Shown in pieces: positions 1 through 8,768 of a stretch of 63,322 bases of DNA (positions are counted from its first letter, which is position 1; every line of letters begins with the position of its first letter). The stretch lies in IMG/VR virus record IMGVR_UViG_3300022680_000066, positions 1 to 63,322 of that record, one strand, 5' to 3'. The DNA comes from a virus (Duplodnaviria > Caudoviricetes). Both the position numbers and the translations under genes were made by a program. The notes beneath the pieces are model-generated. The model made no database searches and was not told the origin of the DNA. It worked only from the letters and a program-made list of their open reading frames with translations.

Positions 1-99
1 CATTCCCTATTACAGTGGTGAGAACTCATCACTAAAGGACGGCATCCAATTCGCCTGGGACAACACATCCATCGGTTGGTTCAAGACCTGCCCGCGCAA
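1..99. repeat. 99-bp terminal overlap, identical to 63224..63322 (circular assembly)
   Basis: CATTCCCTATTACAGTGG...CCCGCGCAA is present at both ends, and an ORF reads through the junction. Confidence 0.95.
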
Positions 100-925
100 G
101 TACTACTTCCATATGCTTTGCGGCTGGACATACAAGGTCACACCTCCGCCCCTGGCTTTCGGCATTTACATCCACCGACTGTTCCAGACATGGCACCAGC
201 TCATCGCCTCCGACATGCCAAAGGAAGTTGCCCTCCTACGCTGTGTCATGTTGGCTGGTCTCCTTGGTGAGAAGCTTCCCAAGGGCGACACGGCTCGCGG
301 CAAAGAACAGCTCATCCGAGCATTCGTGTGGTATGTGGAGCAGTTCTGGGACGACCCAGCCAAAACCGTCATACTCTCCAACGGAAAGCCAGCCGTGGAA
401 TACTCGTTCACCCTGCCACTCTTTGAACATAACGGGGAGCAAATATTTTTGTGCGGTCACATTGACCGCTATGTTGAGTGGCAGGGCAAAATCCTGGCTG
501 CCGACTACAAGTCAACAAAGTACGGGCTTGACCGCAGGTTCTTTGACAAGTTCAAACCCAACGGACAGTTCGCCACATACACATCTGTCTCACATATCAT
601 CGCAGCCGAGACACATGACCTGCCCTCCACGGACGGGCTGTTGCTTGATGCTATCCAGCTGGGTGTGAACTTCAACCGATATCAAAGACAGGTCGTGCCT
701 TTCTGTCTCGAAGAAGTTGATGAGCACATCAACGGAACAATCCATTGGATCGCACATGCTCGTGAATGCACAGCACGAGGGTACTTCCCGGCCAACGAAG
801 AAAGCTGCGGGAACTATGGTGGGTGTGAGTTCCGGAGCATCTGCGCCAAGCCGCCAGCGCGAAGAGAGGATTACCTTCGCGGGCATTTTGTAAAGAAAGT
901 CTGGGATCCTCTGAGGAGTCGATAG
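2..925 (+). CDS. Cas4-like PD-(D/E)XK exonuclease; true start at 63147, spans the circular junction
   Basis: Frame is open from ATG 63147 (MQFYNPW...FKTCPRKYYFHMLCGW). Contains GHID...DYKS nuclease motifs and a 1+3 Cys pattern (TCPRK; ESCGNYGGCEFRSIC) typical of the Fe-S staple. Confidence 0.85.
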   Translation: MPYYSGENSSLKDGIQFAWDNTSIGWFKTCPRKYYFHMLCGWTYKVTPPPLAFGIYIHRLFQTWHQLIASDMPKEVALLRCVMLAGLLGEKLPKGDTARGKEQLIRAFVWYVEQFWDDPAKTVILSNGKPAVEYSFTLPLFEHNGEQIFLCGHIDRYVEWQGKILAADYKSTKYGLDRRFFDKFKPNGQFATYTSVSHIIAAETHDLPSTDGLLLDAIQLGVNFNRYQRQVVPFCLEEVDEHINGTIHWIAHARECTARGYFPANEESCGNYGGCEFRSICAKPPARREDYLRGHFVKKVWDPLRSR

Positions 926-926
926 A

Positions 927-1214
927 ATGAACAGACAACAGTTGTTGTTAACAAAGCTGACTGAAGAGTGTAACGAAGTAGCGCAAATCGCTCTTAAAAC
1001 TCAACAGTTTGGGTTCGATGAAATCAGGCGAGAGCAACCATATACCAACGCAGAACGTACTCACCAAGAGCTTGATGATTTAAACGCAATAATAGAGATG
1101 CTCAACGAAGAATACAACTTTAACTATAAACCAAATCGCACGCGTATCGCAGTTAAGAAAGATAAGGTTAATAGATACGCAGCGTACTCTGTTAAACTAG
1201 GAACACTAACATAA
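927..1214 (+). CDS. MazG-like all-alpha NTP pyrophosphohydrolase
   Basis: EECNEV...QELDDL acidic motif pair. Confidence 0.6.
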   Translation: MNRQQLLLTKLTEECNEVAQIALKTQQFGFDEIRREQPYTNAERTHQELDDLNAIIEMLNEEYNFNYKPNRTRIAVKKDKVNRYAAYSVKLGTLT

Positions 1215-1231
1215 TACTGGAGCCTAACCCG

Positions 1232-2137
1232 ATGCCAAAACTAAACCTATCATCCCCCGCACCCTTCATCAAACTGATGTATCTCGGATATAGTGGTGAG
1301 GGCAAATCATCATCCCTTGTCCCCCTCTCTATCCCTGGCTTCCGCTCGGCCAAAGGATACGAACTCCGCTGGCTCGACTTCGACGGCAAAGCCGAGGAGG
1401 TTGTGCGCGCAACCCTCGCAAGGTTGCTGCGTGAAAAGAAGATCGACCAAAAGCAGCACGACACTGCCCTGACCGAGAACAACGACATTGTAAAATGCAC
1501 CGAATCCACAGGCATCGTCAGTGTTAAAGCACCCAAAAAGACTGTCAAAGCTATCGGCATATCCGGGCCTGCCGTTGCGTGGCCAGCCGCAGTCAAAGCC
1601 CTGGGCACATGGGAGCGCTCATGGGATGATACAAAAATCCTCATCTGTGATTCTTTTACCTTCGCAGTCCAGGCAATGGTTCGCTATGACCAGGAGTTGA
1701 ATGGCCGCGCCAACACCCAACTCCGTTGGCAAGAATTCAGCGGCCCACAACAGATGGCCGAGACATTCATGAACCTCGCAGGCGATTTACAAACCAATGT
1801 GATTGTCTGCGGCCACCAAGATCCCTTGGAACTCTACAAGGCCACCGATCAGAAGGACGACAAAGGCCAGCAGGTCGAAGAACTCGTCGACACCTTGATG
1901 ATGCCGATCTCTATTGGCAAGGCCGGTCGGATGAAGTTGCCTGCACGATTCAACCACCTCCTCCTAGCCACGTCTGAGGGCAGTGGAACCGCAACCAAGC
2001 GCTGGATCTACACACGCTCACATAAAGGAGTCGTCACAAAGACACCGTTCTTCGGAACATGCCAAGACCGCTATCCCATTGAGACCGGCTTGGTTGACTA
2101 CTTTAAAATCCGTGAAGCCCTCGGAGGTGAAGGCTGA
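1232..2137 (+). CDS. AAA_24/Sak4-like P-loop ATPase (recombination, ssDNA annealing)
   Basis: Walker A GYSGEGKSS, Walker B ILICDS; lies between the Cas4-like nuclease and the putative SSB. Confidence 0.7.
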   Translation: MPKLNLSSPAPFIKLMYLGYSGEGKSSSLVPLSIPGFRSAKGYELRWLDFDGKAEEVVRATLARLLREKKIDQKQHDTALTENNDIVKCTESTGIVSVKAPKKTVKAIGISGPAVAWPAAVKALGTWERSWDDTKILICDSFTFAVQAMVRYDQELNGRANTQLRWQEFSGPQQMAETFMNLAGDLQTNVIVCGHQDPLELYKATDQKDDKGQQVEELVDTLMMPISIGKAGRMKLPARFNHLLLATSEGSGTATKRWIYTRSHKGVVTKTPFFGTCQDRYPIETGLVDYFKIREALGGEG

Positions 2138-2541
2138 TGGCTTCCACCTCCTGGGTCGAGCTATTCACTGACGGCTCCTGCATCGGCAACCCTGGCCCCG
2201 GTGGTTGGGCTTACCTTCTCCGCTATAACAAGCATGAGAAGGAAGGCGCAGGCTCCGTCCCCGAAACAACCAACAACCGTATGGAATTACTTGCCGTTGT
2301 CGAAGGACTGAAAGCACTAAACCAGAAGTGTCGTGTGACAATCTACACCGATTCACAGTGGGTATACTACGGCATGACTGGGCGCAACAAGCGAAAGGCT
2401 CATCTGGATTTGTGGGCTGAGCTAGACGAGCTGTGCGAACACCACCTTGATGTGCTGCCCAACTGGGTGCGTGCTCATAACACACACCCAGAGAATAATC
2501 GGGTAGACGAAGCAGCAAAGAAAGCAGCTAGAAACAATTAA
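2137..2541 (+). CDS. rnhA: Ribonuclease HI
   Basis: FTDGSCIGNPGPGGW, TTNNRMEL, YTDSQ, WVRAH, NNRVD motifs. Confidence 0.95.
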   Translation: MASTSWVELFTDGSCIGNPGPGGWAYLLRYNKHEKEGAGSVPETTNNRMELLAVVEGLKALNQKCRVTIYTDSQWVYYGMTGRNKRKAHLDLWAELDELCEHHLDVLPNWVRAHNTHPENNRVDEAAKKAARNN

Positions 2542-2547
2542 TCAAAC

Positions 2548-2582
2548 GTATTGCTACTTGGAATCGGGCAAAGTAGCAATAC
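2548..2582. promoter_or_regulatory. 35-bp palindromic motif, copy A
   Basis: GTATTGCTAC-TTGGAATCGGGCAAA-GTAGCAATAC, intergenic upstream of ATG 2620. Confidence 0.7.
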
Positions 2583-2619
2583 CCAAACTCCCGCCCGTAA
2601 CACCTATGAGGAACAAACA

Positions 2620-3216
2620 ATGCCGAGCGTAAATGACTTACTCAAAAACCCAGGGTCTACATTCAAAGCCCCACCAAAATTCCCTGCAGGCAACTACATC
2701 GTAGCCATTGCATCCTACGACATGCTGCCATTCGCATGGAAAACTTCAGGCACCTATGGTCTCGCATACGTGCCCACAATCCGGTGCATCAGCAGTGTCG
2801 AAGCCGACGACGAGTCGAACCCAGAACTACAGGCCGAGCAGCAAGCCGCCCTCGACAAGTACGGCGACTGGACGGGCAAGGACTTTCACTTCCAGTACAA
2901 GGACAAAGAGTCAGGCAGCCTGCGCGCTCAAGTAGCTTCAATCAACTTTCCCCTGATCGAAACCGACGAGGACGGCGAGCCTATCGGTATCCTCGAGAAA
3001 CATGCATGGCGCTTCTTCATGCGCGAGGACGACGGCTCCGAAACCGGCTTCGTTGCTGATGCCTTGGGCATGTCCGATCTCGGGGACAAAGAGCTGGGCG
3101 ACATCATGGAAGAGACTGTAGGCAAACAGTTCATGGTTTGTTTTGATTACGAGCCGAATCAAGACCCTGCCCGACCACCCAACCTCGTCATCTCTAGCGT
3201 GACCTGTTTGGGCTAA
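2620..3216 (+). CDS. Putative ssDNA-binding protein (DUF669-like)
   Basis: GAGG RBS then ATG 2620; acidic protein with PPKFPAGNY N-terminus; adjacent to the Sak4-like ATPase. Confidence 0.5.
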   Translation: MPSVNDLLKNPGSTFKAPPKFPAGNYIVAIASYDMLPFAWKTSGTYGLAYVPTIRCISSVEADDESNPELQAEQQAALDKYGDWTGKDFHFQYKDKESGSLRAQVASINFPLIETDEDGEPIGILEKHAWRFFMREDDGSETGFVADALGMSDLGDKELGDIMEETVGKQFMVCFDYEPNQDPARPPNLVISSVTCLG

Positions 3217-3316
3217 TATGTTTGATGGTTTCTGAGACTGAAGAACGTAAGCCAGCGGGCCACCCTTTCCCTCGAGGGATACAGCTGGGCCATAACCACA
3301 ACACCGAGGAACTGAC

Positions 3317-3693
3317 ATGAACTTACTAACAGATGAAAATGAACTGGTCGGCAAGGTCATAAAAGAAGCGAAGATTAACTTATTAAAAGAAGACCTGGCT
3401 CTGGTTTTTGAAGACGGTACATACGCCGTAGTTAGTGCATCAGCCTTTGGCTGTAATTATGAGTTACGCCTCAACACAGATATAAGTGAGGCAGTACTCG
3501 CCGAGTTTGGCCTTTTAACTGATGCAGAAAAAGAAGGCACCATAGACTTCGACGACATGCTCTACATCTCCCTCTTGTGAAAGAAGCCATCAAAGAACGA
3601 GAGTGTGCAAGGCTGAAGCAACTTGCAGAGATTAGGAGGTGGCGAGAGCTTGCCACACTCAAACGACTCAAGGCTAAATATCCTGACGCATAG
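3317..3693 (+). pseudogene. Small hypothetical gene frameshifted by a 50-bp helicase-derived insertion
   Basis: Removing one 50-bp unit (3530..3579) restores a 108-aa ORF ending ...EKEAIKERECARLKQLAEIRRWRELATLKRLKAKYPDA. Confidence 0.75.
3530..3579 (+). repeat. 50-bp copy of helicase gene segment 59307..59356 (49/50 identical)
   Basis: AAAGAAGGCACCATAGACTTCGACGACATGCTCTACATCTCCCTCTTGTG, followed by a second AAAGAAG at 3580..3586. Confidence 0.92.
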
Positions 3694-3708
3694 TGCCGAG
3701 GAACTGAC

Positions 3709-4041
3709 ATGATAAAGTGGATCAAAAACCTACTAGGTATAACAGCCCTCGAAAAAGAAAACCGAGAACTCCGTACCTGTTTAAGAGCCCACACAAATTT
3801 TGTAACCAACAAGGTTGCCGAGCTTAAAGAGTACACAAGAGTCGATGCTGATGTAGGCATACGAGGCAACAACACAATCGTCCTCACTGGAGTATACAAG
3901 AGACAAGCGTACGTACACTTCTACGACGTGGGTGACGGCGAATTCGAGCGGATGGTTGAGCACATGAGAGACTTGAAGAGTCATTGCTTGATCCGACATA
4001 TTGACGCACCGCCATCTTTTAAAGGTGCGTTCAACATATAG
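3709..4041 (+). CDS. Hypothetical protein
   Basis: GAGG RBS, 110-aa ORF in the operon. Confidence 0.7.
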   Translation: MIKWIKNLLGITALEKENRELRTCLRAHTNFVTNKVAELKEYTRVDADVGIRGNNTIVLTGVYKRQAYVHFYDVGDGEFERMVEHMRDLKSHCLIRHIDAPPSFKGAFNI

Positions 4042-4133
4042 TGCTTTGAAAGGAAGGCTCTTGTTTGGTGCCGGTGGTTCCTCCCCCCCTCCACCTGCAT
4101 CATGGCCCTGCAAGAGCCTTCCTTTGAGAGCAT
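4041..4133 (+). ncRNA. Candidate structured RNA: long hairpin with C-rich anti-SD-like loop
   Basis: AAAGGAAGGCTCTTG (4049-4063) pairs with CAAGAGCCTTCCTTT (4111-4125); inner GGTGG/CCACC stem closes the loop TTCCTCCCCCCCT. Confidence 0.5.
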
Positions 4134-4165
4134 CAGTCATACCGAACCCTGAAGGAGTCACAAAA

Positions 4166-5722
4166 ATGTTCTGTAACCGCGTAGTCCTTGTCCCACTATC
4201 GGACATCATCATCAAGCCTGGTCGTCAGCGTACCCAGATCCCGCCCGAGTCCGTGCTTGAGCTAGCCGAGTCCATCGCACACAAGCAGTGGATATCCCCG
4301 ATCCTCGTTGATCAAGATACCAACCAACTCGTAGCTGGTGAGCGCCGATACACCGCAGTCAGTCTATTGTGCGCTGCTGTCAACGGAGATTATTCTTCCT
4401 TCGCTGATCCCAAGGCCGCTCAAGAAATCCTCTACCCTGTTCAATCTTGCAAGGTCGAATCATGGCAGAACTGGACAAAGATCCCTGCCCAACTCGGCAG
4501 CAACTTCACCGAGCTTGATCTCCTATCCTACGAGTTCATCGAGAATCACCAGCGCAAGGACTTGTCATGGCAGGATAAAGCCAGAGCCGTCTACCAGATT
4601 CATGTCGAGGGACTCAAGACCGAAGGCTCCAACTGGAACAACACGCTCACCGGAAAGGCCACCGGCTTAGACCACTCAACTGTAGCCAAGTACCTAAAGG
4701 TCTGGCGGCCAATGGAGGACAACCCAACAAAAGAGATCGAGCTGATCCTTAAGGAATCTCCAACGCTTAATAGCGCTCTCCAATCACTCAGTCGTCACAT
4801 CAGTCGCAGACAAGACCAAGTCATATCTCTCACCACATCGACAACCAACATCAAAAGAAGTTTGCCTGAGCTAGACCAGCCTAATCTTGTCAACCCCATC
4901 AAGAAGCCAGGTCCGCAGTCCGGCACACCGAAGACCGAGGAAGGCGGGCTAACCCTCCCTGAAGAAACAGACGAAGAGTGGGAAGACCTCGTCGAGGCGC
5001 AAGCAATTACTTTTGGTGAGACCCTGCTGATCAACGCTGACGCACATAAATGGGCTGCTGATTACACCGGCCAACCGTTCAACTTTCTTCATTGCGACTT
5101 CCCCTACGGCATTGACTTCAACACCGGGGCACAAGGCAAGACCGTCGATGCCCAGCTCACAAATGATTATGACGACAGCGAAGATGTTTATTGGGCTTTG
5201 CTTGACACATTATCCCACCGTGCAAAGAGTTTGATTGCAGATTCTGCTCATATTTTATTTTGGTACTCACAAAATTTAGAAGCAGAAACAGAAACTTATT
5301 TTGCCAAGTACTTACCTGAAGCCACAGTCCAGAAATTCAAAATGATATGGCATTGCAGCGACGGCAACGGCATTGTGCCCGATCCACAACGGTACGGACG
5401 GCGCACGTATGAAACCGCCATGCTGTTAACCTTTGGTGATCGTAAAATCGTCGCGCCCAAGGCATTGTCCTTCGCCGCCCCACGTGGCACATCATCCCGT
5501 ATCCACCGAAGTCAGAAACCCGTGGCCGTCCTCCACCATTTCATGAGCATGTTTGTAGACGATGCATCCAGCGTCCTGGATTTGACTGCGGGCAGCGGCA
5601 CATCCCTGCTCGTCGCTCATCAGCTCGGGGCCAAGAGGATTACGGGCCTGGAGATCAGCGGCGAAGCATACATGGACGCAATAGCTTTCCTTAATGCACG
5701 ACAAGAGACCATAAGCTTATGA
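4166..5722 (+). CDS. ParB-like N-terminal domain fused to an amino (N6A/N4C) DNA methyltransferase, beta-class motif order
   Basis: AAGGAG RBS then ATG 4166; ParB motifs PILVD, AGERR, ENHQRKDL; HTH-like segment; DFPY catalytic motif; HRSQKP; LDLTAGSGT SAM-binding motif. Confidence 0.85.
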   Translation: MFCNRVVLVPLSDIIIKPGRQRTQIPPESVLELAESIAHKQWISPILVDQDTNQLVAGERRYTAVSLLCAAVNGDYSSFADPKAAQEILYPVQSCKVESWQNWTKIPAQLGSNFTELDLLSYEFIENHQRKDLSWQDKARAVYQIHVEGLKTEGSNWNNTLTGKATGLDHSTVAKYLKVWRPMEDNPTKEIELILKESPTLNSALQSLSRHISRRQDQVISLTTSTTNIKRSLPELDQPNLVNPIKKPGPQSGTPKTEEGGLTLPEETDEEWEDLVEAQAITFGETLLINADAHKWAADYTGQPFNFLHCDFPYGIDFNTGAQGKTVDAQLTNDYDDSEDVYWALLDTLSHRAKSLIADSAHILFWYSQNLEAETETYFAKYLPEATVQKFKMIWHCSDGNGIVPDPQRYGRRTYETAMLLTFGDRKIVAPKALSFAAPRGTSSRIHRSQKPVAVLHHFMSMFVDDASSVLDLTAGSGTSLLVAHQLGAKRITGLEISGEAYMDAIAFLNARQETISL

Positions 5723-6069
5723 GGTGCTATATGTTAACGCCTGCAGACATAGAACTAATATTGAGTATTGTGTGCGCGATAGGAATTGTCTTTGTTTTCC
5801 TGTACTTTTTCTGTGGACGCAACGAAGTCCAGTCTGAGATATACGCAGGCAGCAAACCTGACCGAACATCACCTCCTAACCGAACAGTGATTGAAGCTTG
5901 CACAGTCGAAAAACTCATAGAAACAATAAAGCAATACCCAGCGACTGTACGTACAGAAGTTGCTGATGAAGTAATTGATTCATCAGATGATCGTGTGGTA
6001 ATTCTTTATAACGACGATGAGCTAGACATTTTCAGCTGTTCAGCTGAACAACTTGCCAAGGAATTATAA
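5719..6069 (+). CDS. Hypothetical protein with N-terminal hydrophobic segment
   Basis: ORF in operon; one hydrophobic stretch. Confidence 0.55.
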   Translation: MRCYMLTPADIELILSIVCAIGIVFVFLYFFCGRNEVQSEIYAGSKPDRTSPPNRTVIEACTVEKLIETIKQYPATVRTEVADEVIDSSDDRVVILYNDDELDIFSCSAEQLAKEL

Positions 6070-6079
6070 GGAGATCACA

Positions 6080-6388
6080 ATGAACCTACAAGAGTTTTTA
6101 AATAAAGTTGCATACGGAAGCACCATACCTGATCCGTTTGGAGACGGCCCAGACATACTTGTCTACAAAAGCAAGTTCGATGGCAGTGTGCTTTGCCTCA
6201 CAAAGGTCCGTACGGCAACCAGTTTGGAAGAAGTCGCAGACAATATCGACAATCTCGATGCACTACCAGAAACTCTGTTGTTCGAAAATGATTTTACCGT
6301 AGTCAAATGCGGGCGCGGAGAGTGGACAGCCCAGTCACTCGACGACGCAAAGCAGATGGCTATGGATTACCGAGACGGCGTAAGCTGA
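6080..6388 (+). CDS. Hypothetical protein
   Basis: AAGGAG RBS then ATG 6080. Confidence 0.65.
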   Translation: MNLQEFLNKVAYGSTIPDPFGDGPDILVYKSKFDGSVLCLTKVRTATSLEEVADNIDNLDALPETLLFENDFTVVKCGRGEWTAQSLDDAKQMAMDYRDGVS

Positions 6389-6421
6389 TTACGCCACTAA
6401 CCCAAAGAGAGGAAACACAAA

Positions 6422-7027
6422 ATGTTAATAGCCGTATTCGACACAGAAACCACAGGCATAGTCCGCGACTACCGAAGTCCTGATGCGCCCCACCTTGCCT
6501 CCATAACCGTCATCATCTACGACACCGAACTCGCCCGTGTCCAGGCATCATTCAACACGATGATCCGCCTGCCCGAGGACGTCGTGATGCCGCCCCAAGC
6601 AGCAGAAGTCAACGGTCTCACCGATGACATGCTTGAAATTTATGGCCTCAAACTTCCGACCGTACTCGACACAACGATGCAGCTTCTCGCCCCGGTCGAG
6701 CTTCTCGTCGGACACAACATAGCCTTTGATGTGAAGGTGTTGGCATCCGCTCTGTATCGCTCAGACAGGCTTGATGAGATTGACGAACTCATGATAGCAG
6801 AAACCTTCTGCACCATGCGGGAGTCCAAGCAACTTGTCCAGGCCAAGAACAAGAAGGGACACCTGAAGTTGCCCAAGCTCACCGAAGCCTACTACCACTT
6901 CTTCGAGCGCGAACTCGACAACGCACACAGCGCCAACGCTGATGCAGTGGGCACACTTGAAATCTACCTTGCCCTCATGCAGCACAAAGCAGAGGTTGAG
7001 GAAGCTGGCGGAGAGGTTAAGCTATGA
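6422..7027 (+). CDS. DEDDh 3'-5' exonuclease (DnaQ-like)
   Basis: FDTETTG, GHNIAFD, AHSANAD motifs. Confidence 0.92.
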   Translation: MLIAVFDTETTGIVRDYRSPDAPHLASITVIIYDTELARVQASFNTMIRLPEDVVMPPQAAEVNGLTDDMLEIYGLKLPTVLDTTMQLLAPVELLVGHNIAFDVKVLASALYRSDRLDEIDELMIAETFCTMRESKQLVQAKNKKGHLKLPKLTEAYYHFFERELDNAHSANADAVGTLEIYLALMQHKAEVEEAGGEVKL

Positions 7028-7216
7028 CCGACGCGACAGCCGCAGAAGAACTACACGAAGTCCTGCTTCTTGCTGCGGCTGTCGTGTGTGAAGATCCGCC
7101 CCCACCACTTGTGTACGGGAATGAGGAGCTATGGGAACTGGTCAAGGTTCTTCGAGCCAAAGGCTACATCACTCACAGCGATCCACCGAAGCAAACTAAA
7201 TAAGAGGAGTCGCTTC

Positions 7217-7447
7217 ATGAAAACACCACGGGAAAAATACGAGAACGATCATGAGTATCGTTACTTAGTCGATCACTTTGGGCAGCTTATCGAACGTGGG
7301 CACTTCACTCCGTCCGAACTACGTGAAGCCAGCATCTTTGCTTTTACCCTACACGAGATGCGAAGAGTACACAGCATGCAAGTTAAAGATCCTGAGCTTG
7401 CCAGTGCGCTTGAAGATTTGGATCGCCGCTTTATTAACAAGAGATAA
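7217..7447 (+). CDS. Hypothetical protein
   Basis: GAGGAG RBS then ATG 7217 (MKTPREKYEND...). Confidence 0.6.
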   Translation: MKTPREKYENDHEYRYLVDHFGQLIERGHFTPSELREASIFAFTLHEMRRVHSMQVKDPELASALEDLDRRFINKR

Positions 7448-7479
7448 CTAACCGAGGCACACAATCCAGGAGCCCATCA

Positions 7480-8421
7480 ATGTCAAACTCAATGCGCCCC
7501 ATGCTAGCCTGCAACGACACAGTGCTAACCGAAAAGAACTACGATCGCATCGCTTATCCTGTCTTCGCTTCCACGAAGCTCGATGGCAGGCGGAACATCA
7601 TCAACCCGGCAGGCACACCACTCAGTCGGACAGGCAAACTCCTGCCCAACCTCCACACACGCAAGGTCATCCGTGAAGCCAACCTCATCGGCATGGATGG
7701 CGAGCTAATCTGCGGTAGCCCGACTGACCCGAACGCAATGCAGCATGCACATTCAGCGTTCTCATCCGTTCACGGTGAGCCCGACTTCACATTCCACATC
7801 TTCGACGACTGGCGACGAGGCAAACTCCCCTATAAAGATTATTGGCCCGAGCTAGAGGCTCAGCAAAATTGTTTGCCTTCATGGGCAACCATAGTACCAC
7901 AACTTATCATCTCCTCGCCTGAGCAGCTCAGCGACTTCGTAAAGCAAGTCACTGCCGAAGGCTACGAAGGCGTGGTCGTCCGCTCCCTCAACTCTCCATA
8001 CAAACACGGGCGCTCAACCTGGAACCAAGCATGGATGCTCAAGGCCAAGGAATACGAAACAACAGAGGGACAGATCGTTGGCCTGAAAGAAGCAATGCAT
8101 AACGCCAATGAAGCTGATCGTGACGAGCTAGGCTATGCTAAACGATCAACCCACGCATCAGGCAAAGTCCCAGCCGGGACACTTGGCTCATTCATAGTCA
8201 AGCATCCATCCTCACCTGAAGCTTTCGGCGTAGCAACCGGACACCTTAATGCTGAGGAGAAGCAGATTTTGTGGGACAATAGAAACAACCCTAAAGAAGA
8301 AGGGCTAATGTCTTCCTGCATCGGCAAGCTTATGACCTTCAAACATTTCGCCCAGTCCGGCGTAAGAAACAAACCTCGTCACGCACAGTTCGTAGCATTC
8401 CGTGACCATACTGATCTATAA
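7480..8421 (+). CDS. ATP-dependent DNA ligase
   Basis: KLDG motif I, MDGEL, FHIFD, EGYEGVVVR, LKAK, C-terminal OB-fold region. Confidence 0.92.
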   Translation: MSNSMRPMLACNDTVLTEKNYDRIAYPVFASTKLDGRRNIINPAGTPLSRTGKLLPNLHTRKVIREANLIGMDGELICGSPTDPNAMQHAHSAFSSVHGEPDFTFHIFDDWRRGKLPYKDYWPELEAQQNCLPSWATIVPQLIISSPEQLSDFVKQVTAEGYEGVVVRSLNSPYKHGRSTWNQAWMLKAKEYETTEGQIVGLKEAMHNANEADRDELGYAKRSTHASGKVPAGTLGSFIVKHPSSPEAFGVATGHLNAEEKQILWDNRNNPKEEGLMSSCIGKLMTFKHFAQSGVRNKPRHAQFVAFRDHTDL

Positions 8422-8432
8422 AGGAAACCGAC

Positions 8433-8768
8433 ATGAACCAGAAAGAACAGATTGCAAAACTCAAACGCGAGCTGGCTGCCAAAGAGCGTGAGATCAAAAA
8501 GCTCCAAGCACAGGTCACTCCTACTTCAGCCCTCGACACGCAACACGGAGGTGACCACTACAAGAAGCTCGGAATGTACCAACCCTGGATGGTGGCCCAA
8601 GCCCAGATGAATCGGATGGAGTTCCGGGGCGCGGCCAAGTTCACAGCCACAACCTATCTGGCCCGTGAGGAAGACAAGGGCGGTGATGAAGATATCTACA
8701 AAGCCTATCACACTCTCGCGATATGGATCGAGCTAGACAAACGGTATGACGAGCAAGGGAGAGGCTGA
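8433..8768 (+). CDS. DUF3310-like protein
   Basis: QHGGDHYK...KGGDEDIYKA pattern. Confidence 0.6.
   Translation: MNQKEQIAKLKRELAAKEREIKKLQAQVTPTSALDTQHGGDHYKKLGMYQPWMVAQAQMNRMEFRGAAKFTATTYLAREEDKGGDEDIYKAYHTLAIWIELDKRYDEQGRG

Noticed and set aside
2-925. CRISPR-Cas system suggested by the Cas4-like gene and 35-bp palindromic repeats
   Set aside because: The repeats are kilobases apart and divergent, with no repeat-spacer array and no other cas genes.
3238-3244. CTGAAGA read as a hammerhead ribozyme core
   Set aside because: No stem II followed by GAAA and no matching cleavage-site arrangement.
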